NCBI GenBank assembly: GCA_036308545.1
Contig: JAXJVN010000005.1
Location: 33,626 to 97,625 of the forward strand
Reading direction: 5' to 3'
DNA length: 64,000 nucleotides
Origin: Eubacterium sp.
Lineage (GTDB): Bacteria; Bacillota; Clostridia; Lachnospirales; Lachnospiraceae
In this document: positions 50,654-60,200 of the stretch, in pieces
Layout: every line of letters begins with the position of its first letter
Position numbering within the stretch: the first letter of the stretch is position 1
Program-made: the position numbers and the translations under genes
Notes under the pieces: model-generated
What the model was told of the DNA's origin: nothing
Seen by the model: the letters and a program-made list of their open reading frames with translations, nothing else
Database searches by the model: none

Positions 50654-51808
50654 TCAGTGAAGGCCGAAAAGTTCAGCCAGCTTGTCTTCCTTCAGCTCGG
50701 AACCGATCACACAGATCCTGCCTGTGAACTCAGGCGCACCTTCCCGAACATCCGCTTCACCCGGTACCATATCGAAGTAAATCCAATGACCGTCTGCTCC
50801 TTTTACCATGCCCTTGGCGCGAAGGATGATGCCGAAGGTATTGTCCGCGGACAGCTTCTCCAGGATCTCACGAATCTGATCCTGGCTGAAGGTATGAACG
50901 GTTTCCTGACCCCAGCTGGTGAATACCTCATCCGCATCATGGCCGTGGTGGTGATGGTGGTGATGATGGCAGCTGCAGTGGTCATGGTCCTCTTCATCGT
51001 GATCATGATGGCAGTGGTGATGGTCGTCATCATGATCGTCATCATCGTGGTGGTGATGCTCATGCTCGTCTTCATCATGGTCGTCCTCATCGTGGTCATG
51101 ATGATGGTGATGTTCATGCTCGTCTTCATCATGGTGATGATGATGCTCATGCTCGTCCTCATCCTCATCTTCATCCGGCTCAGGGAGCTTTGTCAGGTCG
51201 ATCTTATCGCCTTCCAGAGTAGCCAGCAGCTTCTGACCGCCCAGCTCCTCTACCGGAGTGGTAATGATCGTAGCATCCGGATTCAGTTCCCGGAGCAGCT
51301 TCACTGCCTCTTCAATCTTCTCGTCTGTAGCCTTCTCGGTATCTGTACGGCTGAGGATGATCGTTCCGGCGGACTGGACCTGGTTAGAGAAGAATTCGCC
51401 GAAGTTCTTCAGATACATCCTGCATTTATTGACGTCAACGACAGTAGCTGCAAAATCCAGTTCCATGTCTGCCTTGTCTTTATTTCTCTCAACCGCATGA
51501 ATAACATCGGACAGCTTGCCCACGCCGGAAGGCTCGATCAGGACTCTGTCGGGATGATACTTCTCGATAACCTCTCCCAGTGCAGTTCCGAAGTCTCCGA
51601 CCAGTGAGCAGCAGATGCATCCGGAGTTCATTTCCTTAATCTGGATTCCCGCATCCTTGAGAAAACCTCCATCAATGCCAATCTCTCCGAACTCATTTTC
51701 AATCAGGACAATCTGCTGACCCTTTAAAGCGTCCTGCAGAAGTTTGCGGATCAAAGTCGTTTTGCCGGCTCCGAGGAATCCTGAAATCACATCAATTTTT
51801 GCAGCCAT
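50654..51808 (-). CDS. COG0523 (CobW/ZigA/YciC-type) metallochaperone GTPase with a long His/Asp/Glu tract
   Basis: GFLGAGKTT P-loop and the GCICCS (CxCC) motif. A linker of about 80 aa reads DEDEDEDEHEHHHHHDEDEHEHHHHHDHDEDDHDEDEHEHHHH...CHHHHHHHHGHD. Confidence 0.85.
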   Translation of the reverse strand: MAAKIDVISGFLGAGKTTLIRKLLQDALKGQQIVLIENEFGEIGIDGGFLKDAGIQIKEMNSGCICCSLVGDFGTALGEVIEKYHPDRVLIEPSGVGKLSDVIHAVERNKDKADMELDFAATVVDVNKCRMYLKNFGEFFSNQVQSAGTIILSRTDTEKATDEKIEEAVKLLRELNPDATIITTPVEELGGQKLLATLEGDKIDLTKLPEPDEDEDEDEHEHHHHHDEDEHEHHHHHDHDEDDHDEDEHEHHHHDDDDHDDDHHHCHHDHDEEDHDHCSCHHHHHHHHGHDADEVFTSWGQETVHTFSQDQIREILEKLSADNTFGIILRAKGMVKGADGHWIYFDMVPGEADVREGAPEFTGRICVIGSELKEDKLAELFGLH

Positions 51809-51896
51809 TGTTGCTTATACCTCCTGAAAAAAATTTTTCCCTGTTATTGAGATTTATATCCATGCTTACTTTACATTTCTCAGCGTACAACTTTTC

Positions 51897-51925
51897 ATTA
51901 TAAGAGAAAGAAAAAATCCGTGCAA
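51897..51925 (-). promoter_or_regulatory. candidate promoter of the COG0523 operon
   Basis: TTGCAC, 17-nt spacer, TATAAT on the minus strand. Confidence 0.55.
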
Positions 51926-51977
51926 GGTGGGCAGTGTGCCATATGCCACAAATTGCATTTTTCCCAGGGAATTTTTC

Positions 51978-52020
51978 ACAAACACAAATCCCCGGCAAAG
52001 CATTTATGCTCTGCCGGGGA
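51978..52020 (-). terminator. terminator of the 79-aa gene
   Basis: CCCCGGCAGAGCAT / ATGCTTTGCCGGGG followed by ATTTGTGTTTG on the minus strand. Confidence 0.7.
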
Positions 52021-52058
52021 CCTATTATCATTATACTTCCCTTGCCGAAAGATCCTGA

Positions 52059-52298
52059 TTATTCGTTGCCTTCCATCATGAAGTCAAGCAGCTTCTTGGT
52101 ATCTTCGGGCTCATAAGCTACAACTTCCATTTCCGGAATCTCAGCATTGCCGAAAACATTTGCCAGGGCTACATACTGGCTCAGCTTGGACTTCAGGTTC
52201 AGGCGGTCTCCCTCACCGGTAACCAGTTCTACCTTTCCTTTGCAGGAATCAATAACTTTGAAAAAACCATCTACATCTTTTACATCATAAATTTTCAT
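52059..52298 (-). CDS. small hypothetical protein (79 aa), possibly an HPr-like fold without the active His
   Basis: GAGAGGATTAGAA precedes the ATG. The only similarity I see is a weak resemblance of NLKSKLSQYVAL...EPEDTKKLLDFM to the C-terminal half of HPr. Confidence 0.5.
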   Translation of the reverse strand: MKIYDVKDVDGFFKVIDSCKGKVELVTGEGDRLNLKSKLSQYVALANVFGNAEIPEMEVVAYEPEDTKKLLDFMMEGNE

Positions 52299-52517
52299 TT
52301 CTAATCCTCTCTTCCGCCCTGTATGGTTTCTTTGCGGATCAAAATTGCTGTCATTTCTTTTCTTTACAGTTATCAGTATATGAAAAATTATAATAGGAAG
52401 AAAGTCAAAAAGCTACCCAAATTAGACAAATCTTGCGGATTTTACAATTGCTTAAATATCCCGCCTTCGAAAAACAGCCTGCTCCTTTCGCTTTCTGCGA
52501 TCGTATTTTCCGGTCTA

Positions 52518-53000
52518 TTATTCCTTCTGGAGTATGTCGGCATATGTGCCCCGGCATACCGAAAGGAGATCATCCGGCGAGAGGCAGAGGGACAGGCCTA
52601 TTCTTCCTCCACTGACATAAATCCTGTCAAATCCTGCTGCCGTCGCATCGACAACCGTTGGGAACTGCTTCTTCATGCCAATCGGACTACAGCCGCCGCG
52701 TACATAACCTGTGATGCCGAGCAGATCCTTGACATGGACCATTTCCAGCGATTTTTCTCCGACCGCTTTCGCAGCTTTTTTAAAATCCACTTCTTCTGCT
52801 ATGGGGATGACAAGGACATAATAGGAGCCGGTTTTTCCTCTGGTCAGGAGCGTCTTGTAGGAACGTTCGACCGGTGCGCCGGTGGCTTCAGCCATGTGCA
52901 TGCCATCTATGAATTCTTTGCACTCGTAAGTAACAAAAGTATAAGGGATTTTCCTGCGGTCAAGCTGCCGCATCGCATTTGTTTTTACTTCCTTCGCCAT
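52518..53000 (-). CDS. ybaK: Cys-tRNA(Pro)/Cys-tRNA(Cys) deacylase YbaK/EbsC
   Basis: MAKEVKTNAMRQLDRRKIPYTFVTYE and GGCSPIGMKK. Start taken at 53000; the ORF-track start at 53126 lies inside the structured leader. Confidence 0.85.
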   Translation of the reverse strand: MAKEVKTNAMRQLDRRKIPYTFVTYECKEFIDGMHMAEATGAPVERSYKTLLTRGKTGSYYVLVIPIAEEVDFKKAAKAVGEKSLEMVHVKDLLGITGYVRGGCSPIGMKKQFPTVVDATAAGFDRIYVSGGRIGLSLCLSPDDLLSVCRGTYADILQKE

Positions 53001-53163
53001 AATGAACCGCTCATTTCTATCACGACTGGAGTTCCTTACCGTTCGCGATAAATCCACGCGCTGCTCCGCAGCTCTCGCATCGCTGCGGAAATTCGTAGAA
53101 AGAAATGACCCTTGGCGTGCAAGCACGCCACGCTCATTTCCATTGCGATTGGATTTATCGCTA
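53001..53163 (-). promoter_or_regulatory. structured leader RNA between the tRNA-Lys terminator and ybaK (unclassified)
   Basis: A 12-bp closing helix pairs 53045-53056 with 53150-53161. Inner hairpins are GGCGTGC/GCACGCC and CCGCAGC/GCTGCGG. GAAATGAGCG occurs twice, and the second copy sits at the Shine-Dalgarno position. Confidence 0.4.
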
Positions 53164-53204
53164 AAACAAATCCCAGGAGCGGCGTCGTCGCAACACTCCT
53201 GGGA
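53162..53204 (-). terminator. terminator after tRNA-Lys
   Basis: TCCCAGGAG / CTCCTGGGA followed by TTTGTTTT on the minus strand. Confidence 0.7.
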
Positions 53205-53222
53205 TAAGTCAGTGCGCCTTCA

Positions 53223-53295
53223 GGGACTCGAACCCTGGACAAATAGATTAAGAGTCTACTGCTCTACCAACTGAGCTAAAGGCGCATATTCAATT
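53223..53295 (-). tRNA. tRNA-Lys (anticodon CUU)
   Basis: Cloverleaf read by eye: acceptor GCGCCTT/AAGGCGC, D arm GCTC AGTTGGTA GAGC, anticodon loop CT-CTT-AA, T arm CAGGG TTCGAGT CCCTG, discriminator A. No CCA is encoded. Confidence 0.9.
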
Positions 53296-53325
53296 TGCTT
53301 TTGCCGTTCGTTTCGAACAAAAACT

Positions 53326-53354
53326 AGTATACTGAAACGGGCTCTCTCCGTCAA
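53326..53354 (-). promoter_or_regulatory. promoter of tRNA-Lys
   Basis: TTGACG, 17-nt spacer, TATACT on the minus strand, about 30 nt upstream of the tRNA 5' end. Confidence 0.6.
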
Positions 53355-53442
53355 GAACGAATTCAATTATTTTTTTAGGTTTTTTTTACTCTTTTTTTAT
53401 ATTTTTCTCTTATTGTCTGATTTTTTAAACAGATTCTGCCCA

Positions 53443-53476
53443 TCGAAAAGGAGCCGGAACCTTCTGTTCCGACTCC
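53443..53476 (-). terminator. terminator of trxA
   Basis: GGAGTCGGAAC / GTTCCGGCTCC with one mismatch, followed by TTTTCG on the minus strand. Confidence 0.65.
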
Positions 53477-53503
53477 TTGCAAATCTACGTTTCCCGTCTG
53501 TTT

Positions 53504-53821
53504 TTACTTGAGGGCGTTAATCTCTTCTTCGAAGGCTTCCGGTCCTCTTGCGCCTACCATGCTTTTGACTACCTGGCCGTCCTTTATGAACAGGAAAGTC
53601 GGGATGGACATGACGCCGTATCTCTGGGCAATATCTCCGCTTTCGTCTACATTCAGCTTGAAGAAGCTGACATCCTCATACTGGCTGGAAAGTCCGTCAA
53701 TAACCGGAGCCATCATCTTGCAGGGGCCGCACCAGTCCGCATAGAGATCTACTACAGATACACCCTTTGCTCCCAGAACCTTGCTATCAAAATCACTGCT
53801 TCCTACTTTTGTAACTGCCAT
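53504..53821 (-). CDS. trxA: thioredoxin
   Basis: WCGPCK active site; 105 aa. Confidence 0.95.
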   Translation of the reverse strand: MAVTKVGSSDFDSKVLGAKGVSVVDLYADWCGPCKMMAPVIDGLSSQYEDVSFFKLNVDESGDIAQRYGVMSIPTFLFIKDGQVVKSMVGARGPEAFEEEINALK

Positions 53822-53851
53822 GGGATTATCCTCCTGTCGTATCCGGCAGAT

Positions 53852-53864
53852 TGACTGTCAGTCA
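53852..53864. promoter_or_regulatory. 13-bp palindrome TGACTG-T-CAGTCA in the trxA 5' region
   Basis: It has the same TGACYR-N-YRGTCA architecture as the two palindromes in the tetR/MMPL intergenic region. Confidence 0.4.
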
Positions 53865-53961
53865 TCTGCGGCTGTCTTATCTTTCTTTCGATTATATTTT
53901 ATCAAATATTTCTCTTCTGTCAATCTTTTTTTCTCTTTTTCCGCAAGTATTTTTGCCCCGG

Positions 53962-54591
53962 TCATGCCTGCTGTTTTTTCTCGGTAAAGCCTTCAATAAT
54001 CTGGTGAATGGATTTGTGAAGGTAAGGCATGTAGGTTCCCAGATTTACAGGAGATTCGTAGAGAATGCAGCTGAAGCCTGTGGATCCGATCAGTTCAATG
54101 ATGGTGAAAAGCATCAGTTCCGGCTGTTCGCAGATCAGTCCGTTGTCATTCAGCGCCTTCAGGTATGCCTGGTAAAATTCTCCCAGCGTGACCTCGCCGT
54201 CTTCTTCCGAATGCTCTATGGCATGGCGGAAAAGACCCCAGGACAGATTTTTATTAATAAATTTCAGCAGCATCTTGTTGCCGGCAAGATAATTCAGAAT
54301 ATAATCCGCAATGCCGATGATCATCTCTTCGAAGGTCCGGTACTCCGGATGGCGCATGCTGACGACGCGTTGTGCTTCTTCCAGAATCTGTGCAGACTTT
54401 CTGGCAATCAGCTGATCTCTCAGATCATATTTATCGTGGAAATATAAATAGAAGGTTCCTTTTGCCAGGCCGGATTTTTTTGAGATATCCGAGATGGTGG
54501 TGCTGTTAAACCCTTTGTCCACGAACAGCTCGTATGCCGTCTGTAATAAGGAAGTTCTTTTTGCCTGCTTGTTTGCTTCTACTTTGCCCAT
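53962..54591 (-). CDS. TetR/AcrR-family transcriptional regulator
   Basis: N-terminal HTH sequence LLQTAYELFVDKGFNSTTISDISKKSGLAKGTFYLYF. Confidence 0.9.
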   Translation of the reverse strand: MGKVEANKQAKRTSLLQTAYELFVDKGFNSTTISDISKKSGLAKGTFYLYFHDKYDLRDQLIARKSAQILEEAQRVVSMRHPEYRTFEEMIIGIADYILNYLAGNKMLLKFINKNLSWGLFRHAIEHSEEDGEVTLGEFYQAYLKALNDNGLICEQPELMLFTIIELIGSTGFSCILYESPVNLGTYMPYLHKSIHQIIEGFTEKKQQA

Positions 54592-54805
54592 ACCTGCACC
54601 TTCTTGCCTTCGCTGCCCACTGCTGAATCATCCAGCCTTCTGCATTATTTTCGCATATTTGATGTCCCGTGTCGATAAATGTCCTTTTTTTCTTATATAT
54701 CGAAGCAGCCTCTTTTGAAAAATGACCTTTGCGTCTGCCTAACCTTATCAAAATGCTCTATTCGGGCGCGGCAAATATTGGAAAAACACATTCATGAATA
54801 TTTTT

Positions 54806-54818
54806 TGACCGTCGGTCA
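54806..54818. promoter_or_regulatory. candidate TetR operator TGACCG-T-CGGTCA
   Basis: Perfect 13-bp palindrome in the divergent tetR/MMPL intergenic region, followed by TTTTTG. Confidence 0.55.
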
Positions 54819-54888
54819 TTTTTGTCAAGTTTGAAAAATGACTAATATTCATTTTCTTAATTGTTTTTATTTTGTAACAATTAAACAT

Positions 54889-54901
54889 TGACCATTGGTC
54901 A
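54889..54901. promoter_or_regulatory. candidate TetR operator TGACCA-T-TGGTCA
   Basis: Perfect 13-bp palindrome that overlaps a TTGACC -35-like hexamer about 100 nt upstream of the MMPL gene. Confidence 0.55.
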
Positions 54902-55004
54902 TTTTTGCACTAGCATGGTCTTGCGCCGGACGGAAAGAGCACTCGGATGCCGTCCACATGAGCGTTTTTATATCCGAACCATAACAGGAAGGGAGTTGAT
55001 TTCA

Positions 55005-57149
55005 TTGGTTAAAGTCGGAAAATGGATTGCCAAAAACAGAATTCTCATTCTGATCCTGGCAATTCTTACTCTGATTCCCAGTACCATCAGCATGATGAAG
55101 ATGAGAACAAATTACGATGTTCTTACCTATCTGCCGGAAACCCTGGAGACTGTAAAAGGCCAGGACATTATCGTGGATGAGTACGGGATGGGCGGTTTCG
55201 CCATGGTCGTCGTCGAGAACAAGGCCATGAAAGATACCGCTGCTCTGGAAAAAGAAATTGAGGCTGTTCCTCATGTAAAGGACGTCCTCTGGTACGACGA
55301 CGTCGCGGACATCTCACTGCCGGTCAATATGATTCCGGAGGATCTCAGGGACAAGTTCTTCAAAGGAGACGCCACCATGATGCTGGCTCTTCTGGACGAT
55401 TCCACTTCTTCAGACAATGCCCTGCAGGCAGTCGCCGATATCCGCAAAATCTGCGACGAGGACTGCTACGTCAGCGGCACGACCGCCATCATTGAAGACC
55501 TGAAGGAGCTGGCAGACCGCGAGGTCCCGATCTACGTCACCATCGCCGTCGTCCTCTGTCTGATCGCTCTGGAGATTTTTTCCACCAGCTGGATCACACC
55601 CTTCCTCTTTCTTTTAAGTATTGGTTTTGCCATTCTCTGGAACATGGGAACCAACCAGATTTTCGGAGAAATTTCCTATATTACAAAGGCAGTTGCCGCC
55701 GTCCTTCAGCTGGGCGTTACGACCGACTACTCCATCTTCCTTTTAGGAAGCTATGAGGAGAACAAGAAGCGCTTCCCCGGCGAGAAGAACCGGGCCATGG
55801 GACACGCGATCTCCAATACCTTCAAATCCATCATCGGATCTTCCGTAACAACGATTGCAGGATTCATCGCCCTCTGCTTCATGTCCTTCACCCTGGGCCG
55901 CGATCTTGGCCTGGTCATGGCAAAAGGCGTCCTCTTCGGCGTGCTTTCCTGTATCACCGTTCTGCCGTCCCTTGTCCTCTTCTTCGACAAGCTGATTGAC
56001 AAGACGACCCATAAACCGCTGATCCGGAATGTCACGAAACTTTCCGATTTCATTACAAAGCACTACAAGGTATGGCTGGTCCTGTTCCTGGTTGCACTGG
56101 TTCCTGCCATCTATGGCAACAGTCACGTACCGGTCTACTACGATATGTCCGCTTCCATGCCGGACAGCCTGCCGTCCAAGATTGCAACCAAAAAGGTCCA
56201 GGACGATTTCGGAACTTCTACCATCGAGATGGTCCTTTTTGACAAAAACATCCCGGCCAAGGATAAGAAGGCCATGCTGGACGATATTAATGATACGGAC
56301 GGCGTCACCTACTGCATCGGCCTGAATTCTCTGATCGATCCTACCCTGCCGGAATCCATGATCCCGGATGACGTGAAGGATATGCTGCAGAGCGATAACT
56401 ACGAAATGGCTTTCATCAGCACCGAATATTACATCGGTTCCGATGAACTGAACAATCAGGTCACTGAACTCAACAAGATCGTCAAGAGCTATGATTCCTC
56501 AGCCATGGTCATCGGTGAAGGGCCTCTGACCAAAGACCTGATGGACGTCACGGACGTAGACTTCCGAAATGTAAATACCGCTTCGATTGGTATCATCTTT
56601 GCCATCATCCTGCTGGTATTCAAGTCCATTTCGCTTCCGGTCATCCTGGAGCTGGTCATTGAATTTGCCATCATGGTCAACATGTCAGCTTCCTATTATA
56701 TGGGATCGACCCTGGTCTTCATCACCAGCATCATCCTGGGTACCGTACAGTTAGGCTCCACCGTCGACTACGCAATCCTGATGACCAACCGTTATCAGAA
56801 GGAGCGCCGCCGCGGCAATGACAAGGCAACATCCGTTCGAAATGCACACCGCGCGACCATGCTGTCTATCATTACTTCCGGCGTGGCTTTCTTCTCGGCA
56901 ACATTCGGCGTAGCGCTTTACACCCAGATTGACGTCATCAAGTCTGTCTGCCTGCTGCTTGCGCGTGGCGCCCTGATCTCGACTCTGGTCGTTATCTTCA
57001 TCCTGCCGGCTATGTTCATGATCTTCGATAAGCTCATCGTCCATACGACCTTCGACTTCTTCGGCAAGAGAGAGTCAAAAGCCAAAAAGGCGGCAAGAAA
57101 GATCCAGGAAAAAAGAGAAGAACGCAAAGCGGCTATGGAAAGCCAGTAA
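55005..57149 (+). CDS. MMPL/RND-superfamily transporter
   Basis: Two blocks of six TM segments, each with a large extracytoplasmic loop, in an MMPL-like sequence pattern. A TTG start at 55005 is preceded by GGAAGGGAG; the ORF-track start at 54888 has no Shine-Dalgarno. Confidence 0.8.
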   Translation: MVKVGKWIAKNRILILILAILTLIPSTISMMKMRTNYDVLTYLPETLETVKGQDIIVDEYGMGGFAMVVVENKAMKDTAALEKEIEAVPHVKDVLWYDDVADISLPVNMIPEDLRDKFFKGDATMMLALLDDSTSSDNALQAVADIRKICDEDCYVSGTTAIIEDLKELADREVPIYVTIAVVLCLIALEIFSTSWITPFLFLLSIGFAILWNMGTNQIFGEISYITKAVAAVLQLGVTTDYSIFLLGSYEENKKRFPGEKNRAMGHAISNTFKSIIGSSVTTIAGFIALCFMSFTLGRDLGLVMAKGVLFGVLSCITVLPSLVLFFDKLIDKTTHKPLIRNVTKLSDFITKHYKVWLVLFLVALVPAIYGNSHVPVYYDMSASMPDSLPSKIATKKVQDDFGTSTIEMVLFDKNIPAKDKKAMLDDINDTDGVTYCIGLNSLIDPTLPESMIPDDVKDMLQSDNYEMAFISTEYYIGSDELNNQVTELNKIVKSYDSSAMVIGEGPLTKDLMDVTDVDFRNVNTASIGIIFAIILLVFKSISLPVILELVIEFAIMVNMSASYYMGSTLVFITSIILGTVQLGSTVDYAILMTNRYQKERRRGNDKATSVRNAHRATMLSIITSGVAFFSATFGVALYTQIDVIKSVCLLLARGALISTLVVIFILPAMFMIFDKLIVHTTFDFFGKRESKAKKAARKIQEKREERKAAMESQ

Positions 57150-57228
57150 TGTTTGAAAAAAGCCTGATTGAAAAGTTTTTTGAATGAAATTTCAAGAATG
57201 CTTCGCCAAAAGAAAGGATGCGATTCGT

Positions 57229-60200
57229 ATGAACAGAAATAAAAGAATTCATTCCAATAAGAAAAAATATGCAACCCGCACTGCAGCAATCGGCATGGCT
57301 GCCCTGACCGGACTGACGCCGGTTATGGCGACGCCTGTTTTTGCAGCGGACGATGCTGAAGTAACCAAGGACGAAACCGTCTATGTCAATGCCTCCGCCG
57401 ACGGCAGTGCTTCCGACATCACAGTATCCGATCACCTGTCCGGAAACGTCAGCGGAAAAGTTAAGGATTCTTCCAATCTGAAGGATATTCAGAACGTCAA
57501 AGGTGACGAAACCTATTCAGGATCCGGTGACAGCATGACCTGGGAAGGTGCCGGAACCGATATCTACTATCAGGGTACCTCCAGCGCCGATCTTCCGGTC
57601 AGCGTCAAGATGACCTATTACCTGGACGGCAAGGAAATCTCTCCGGAAGACCTGGCAGGCAAGTCCGGCAAGGTAAAGATCAAAGTTGAATATATCAACC
57701 ATACAAAGAAGACGGTAACTATAAACGGCGAGGAAAAAGAGGTCTCCTCTCCCTTCGTCATGATGACCGGAATGATCCTGCCAACGGAAAACTTCACCAA
57801 CGTAACCGTTGACAACGGCAAGGTCCTGGGAGACGGCTCCCGCAGCATTGTCGTCGGATATGGCATGCCCGGACTGGCTGAAAGCCTGGATCTGGAAGGC
57901 ATGAAGGATAAGATCACAGACACCGCCGACAGCGTCAAGGACAGCAAGAAAAAGGTAGAGGACGCAAAGGCAGAGTCAGAAGAAGAAGAAAAGGATGACG
58001 AGGCTTCTGAAGCTGAGGATGAAGACAATTCCTCCGAAAAAGCTTCTGATGATGACGATACCGATGACGAGGCAAAGCTCGACGACCTCAAGGACAAGCT
58101 CGATGACTTCTCTATTCCGGAAGGTTTCGAGGTTGAAGCGGACGTAACCGATTTCAAGCTTGACTCCACCTATACCGTGGCATCCAACGAAAAGCTGGGC
58201 GATTACGATATCGATGACATCGACAGCCTGGACGATCTGGACAATGCCATCGCCAGTCTGAAAGACGCAACGGATCAGCTGGTTGACGGATCTCAGGAGC
58301 TTGCTGACGGAACCAATACCCTCAATGAGAAATACGCAGAACTCAACGATGGTATTTTTGCCCTGGAAACCGGTTCCGTAACCTTAAAGGACGGCATCAG
58401 CCAGTATACGGACGGCGTATCTCAGGTTACAGCAGGAGCCGGAAAACTCAATGACGGCATGCAGACTGCAAACGCCGGGATCAACACTCTTGCCGGCAGC
58501 CTTCCGACACTGTCCAGCGGCGTACAGCAGCTTGACAGCGGCGCTTCACAGCTCGCTGAAGGATCGACCGCTCTGAAAAACGGCGTAAACAAATATGTAG
58601 ACGGAACCCAAGAGTTCGTAGCCGGAACCCAGCAGTATGTAAATTCCGTAAATCAGCTGAACCAGCTGAATGCGGGAATTGCGAATCTCTCAAGCAAGAT
58701 GAATGATTTTGATGCGAAGCTAAATAACGCGAATAAATCTGCTGCTGCAGTACGTGACAAGGATATAAAAACTACAGAAGAAAATATCGAAAAGCTCAAG
58801 AATTATTATATGCAGCTAAATAGTCAGCTTACAGAAACGCAAGCAGAGGACGCGGCAAAGGAAACTGTTTCCAAAGAGACCACTAAACAGCTGCAAGGCC
58901 AAATAAGTGCTGCTTCTGACGGAGCAGCCCAGATTATGGACGGTCTTAAAAAACTGGCAGCAAGCGCAAATTCCGGAGCTGAAGTCTCCACTTCTGACCA
59001 ACCTTTGAATCTGGATTTTACAGAACTAAATTCCCAGATTGATGAAGCCCAGGCAAATAGCGTGAATGCTGCAGATGCCGCTGCCCAGGCTGCTGCAGAC
59101 GCTGTTGCAGCTAATGTTGCAGCTAATACCAGCACCGTGGATAAAGCTGCTATCAGCCAGCAGATGACCGCTCAGGCAACGCAGCAGGCAACAGACCAGA
59201 CTAACGCAGCATTAGCCGCCGCTCAGGCAAGTGTAAATGCTGCCCTTACTGCTGAGCAGGCAAAGGGAGATGCTGCAGATCAAAATATTATCGCTTCTCT
59301 TCAGGCAGCACAGGCTGCTTTGAATCCGACGACAGTAAATGTCAATATTTCGGCAGATTCCATTCCGGATTCCGGCTCCATTGATACTGAAGCGGTAAAG
59401 GCAAGCGTAAAGGATGCGGTTTCCAGCCAGCTGAATACAGCAGGAAATTATGACGAGATCCGTACCTCCGTACAGGAACTGCAGGCAGGAGCATCTGCCG
59501 CTGCTTCTTCCACGTCTCAGCAGAAGTCTTCCTCTGAAGATGCTTCTACTGCGAATGCAAGTGCCTTGCAGCAGACAATGACAGCCGCTTCCAGCCTTCA
59601 AAATGAACTAAATACAATGAAAGAACTGCTTAACAGCAATCACACTTATGCTGACACAGCAACCAAAGCACTTTCCACAATTGAAGGCGGGTTCCCGATG
59701 ACGGTTGACCCAAAATACAGTTCAGTCCCGGCAATTAAGCAGGCTAATGCTCTTCAGGAACAGATTGCTGCTCTTAATGCCCAGGCAAGCAGCCTTTCCG
59801 CTAACTACAGTATAGCAATGCAGGGAGTTCTGGCACAGGGCGGTCAGAAGCTTATGGATGCTTCCGCCGGTCTGACAGATCCGACAGCCGTTGCTGCCCT
59901 GAAGGGCGGCGCTGCCGGTGTAGAAAGCGGAGCGAAACAGCTTTCTGCCGGATTGTCTCAGCTTAACAGCAACTCTGCGAAGCTGATTGCCGGTGTATCC
60001 CAGCTGCAGAACGGTTCTCAGCAGCTTGCTGACGGCAGCCGCAGCCTGCTGGCAGGACTTCTCAAGCTGAACAGCAATTCCGCTGCCCTCAAGGATGGCT
60101 CTTCCAGGCTTTCCGACGGTCTTACCACAGCGGCAGACGGCAGCAGGCAGGTATCTGATGGAATCAGCGAGCTGAACGACGGTGCAGAAAAGCTGGCTGA

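Noticed and set aside
50636-51607. A 323-aa plus-strand ORF rich in M/V/I and a 123-aa minus-strand ORF rich in M/T/I
   Set aside because: These are alternative-frame readings of the CAT/GAT/GAC-rich repeat that encodes the His/Asp/Glu tract of the COG0523 protein. They are not independent genes.
52024-52037. A Fur-box-like TATAATGATAATAG
   Set aside because: It lies between a stop codon and that gene's terminator rather than in a promoter, and it is only a half-site-quality match.
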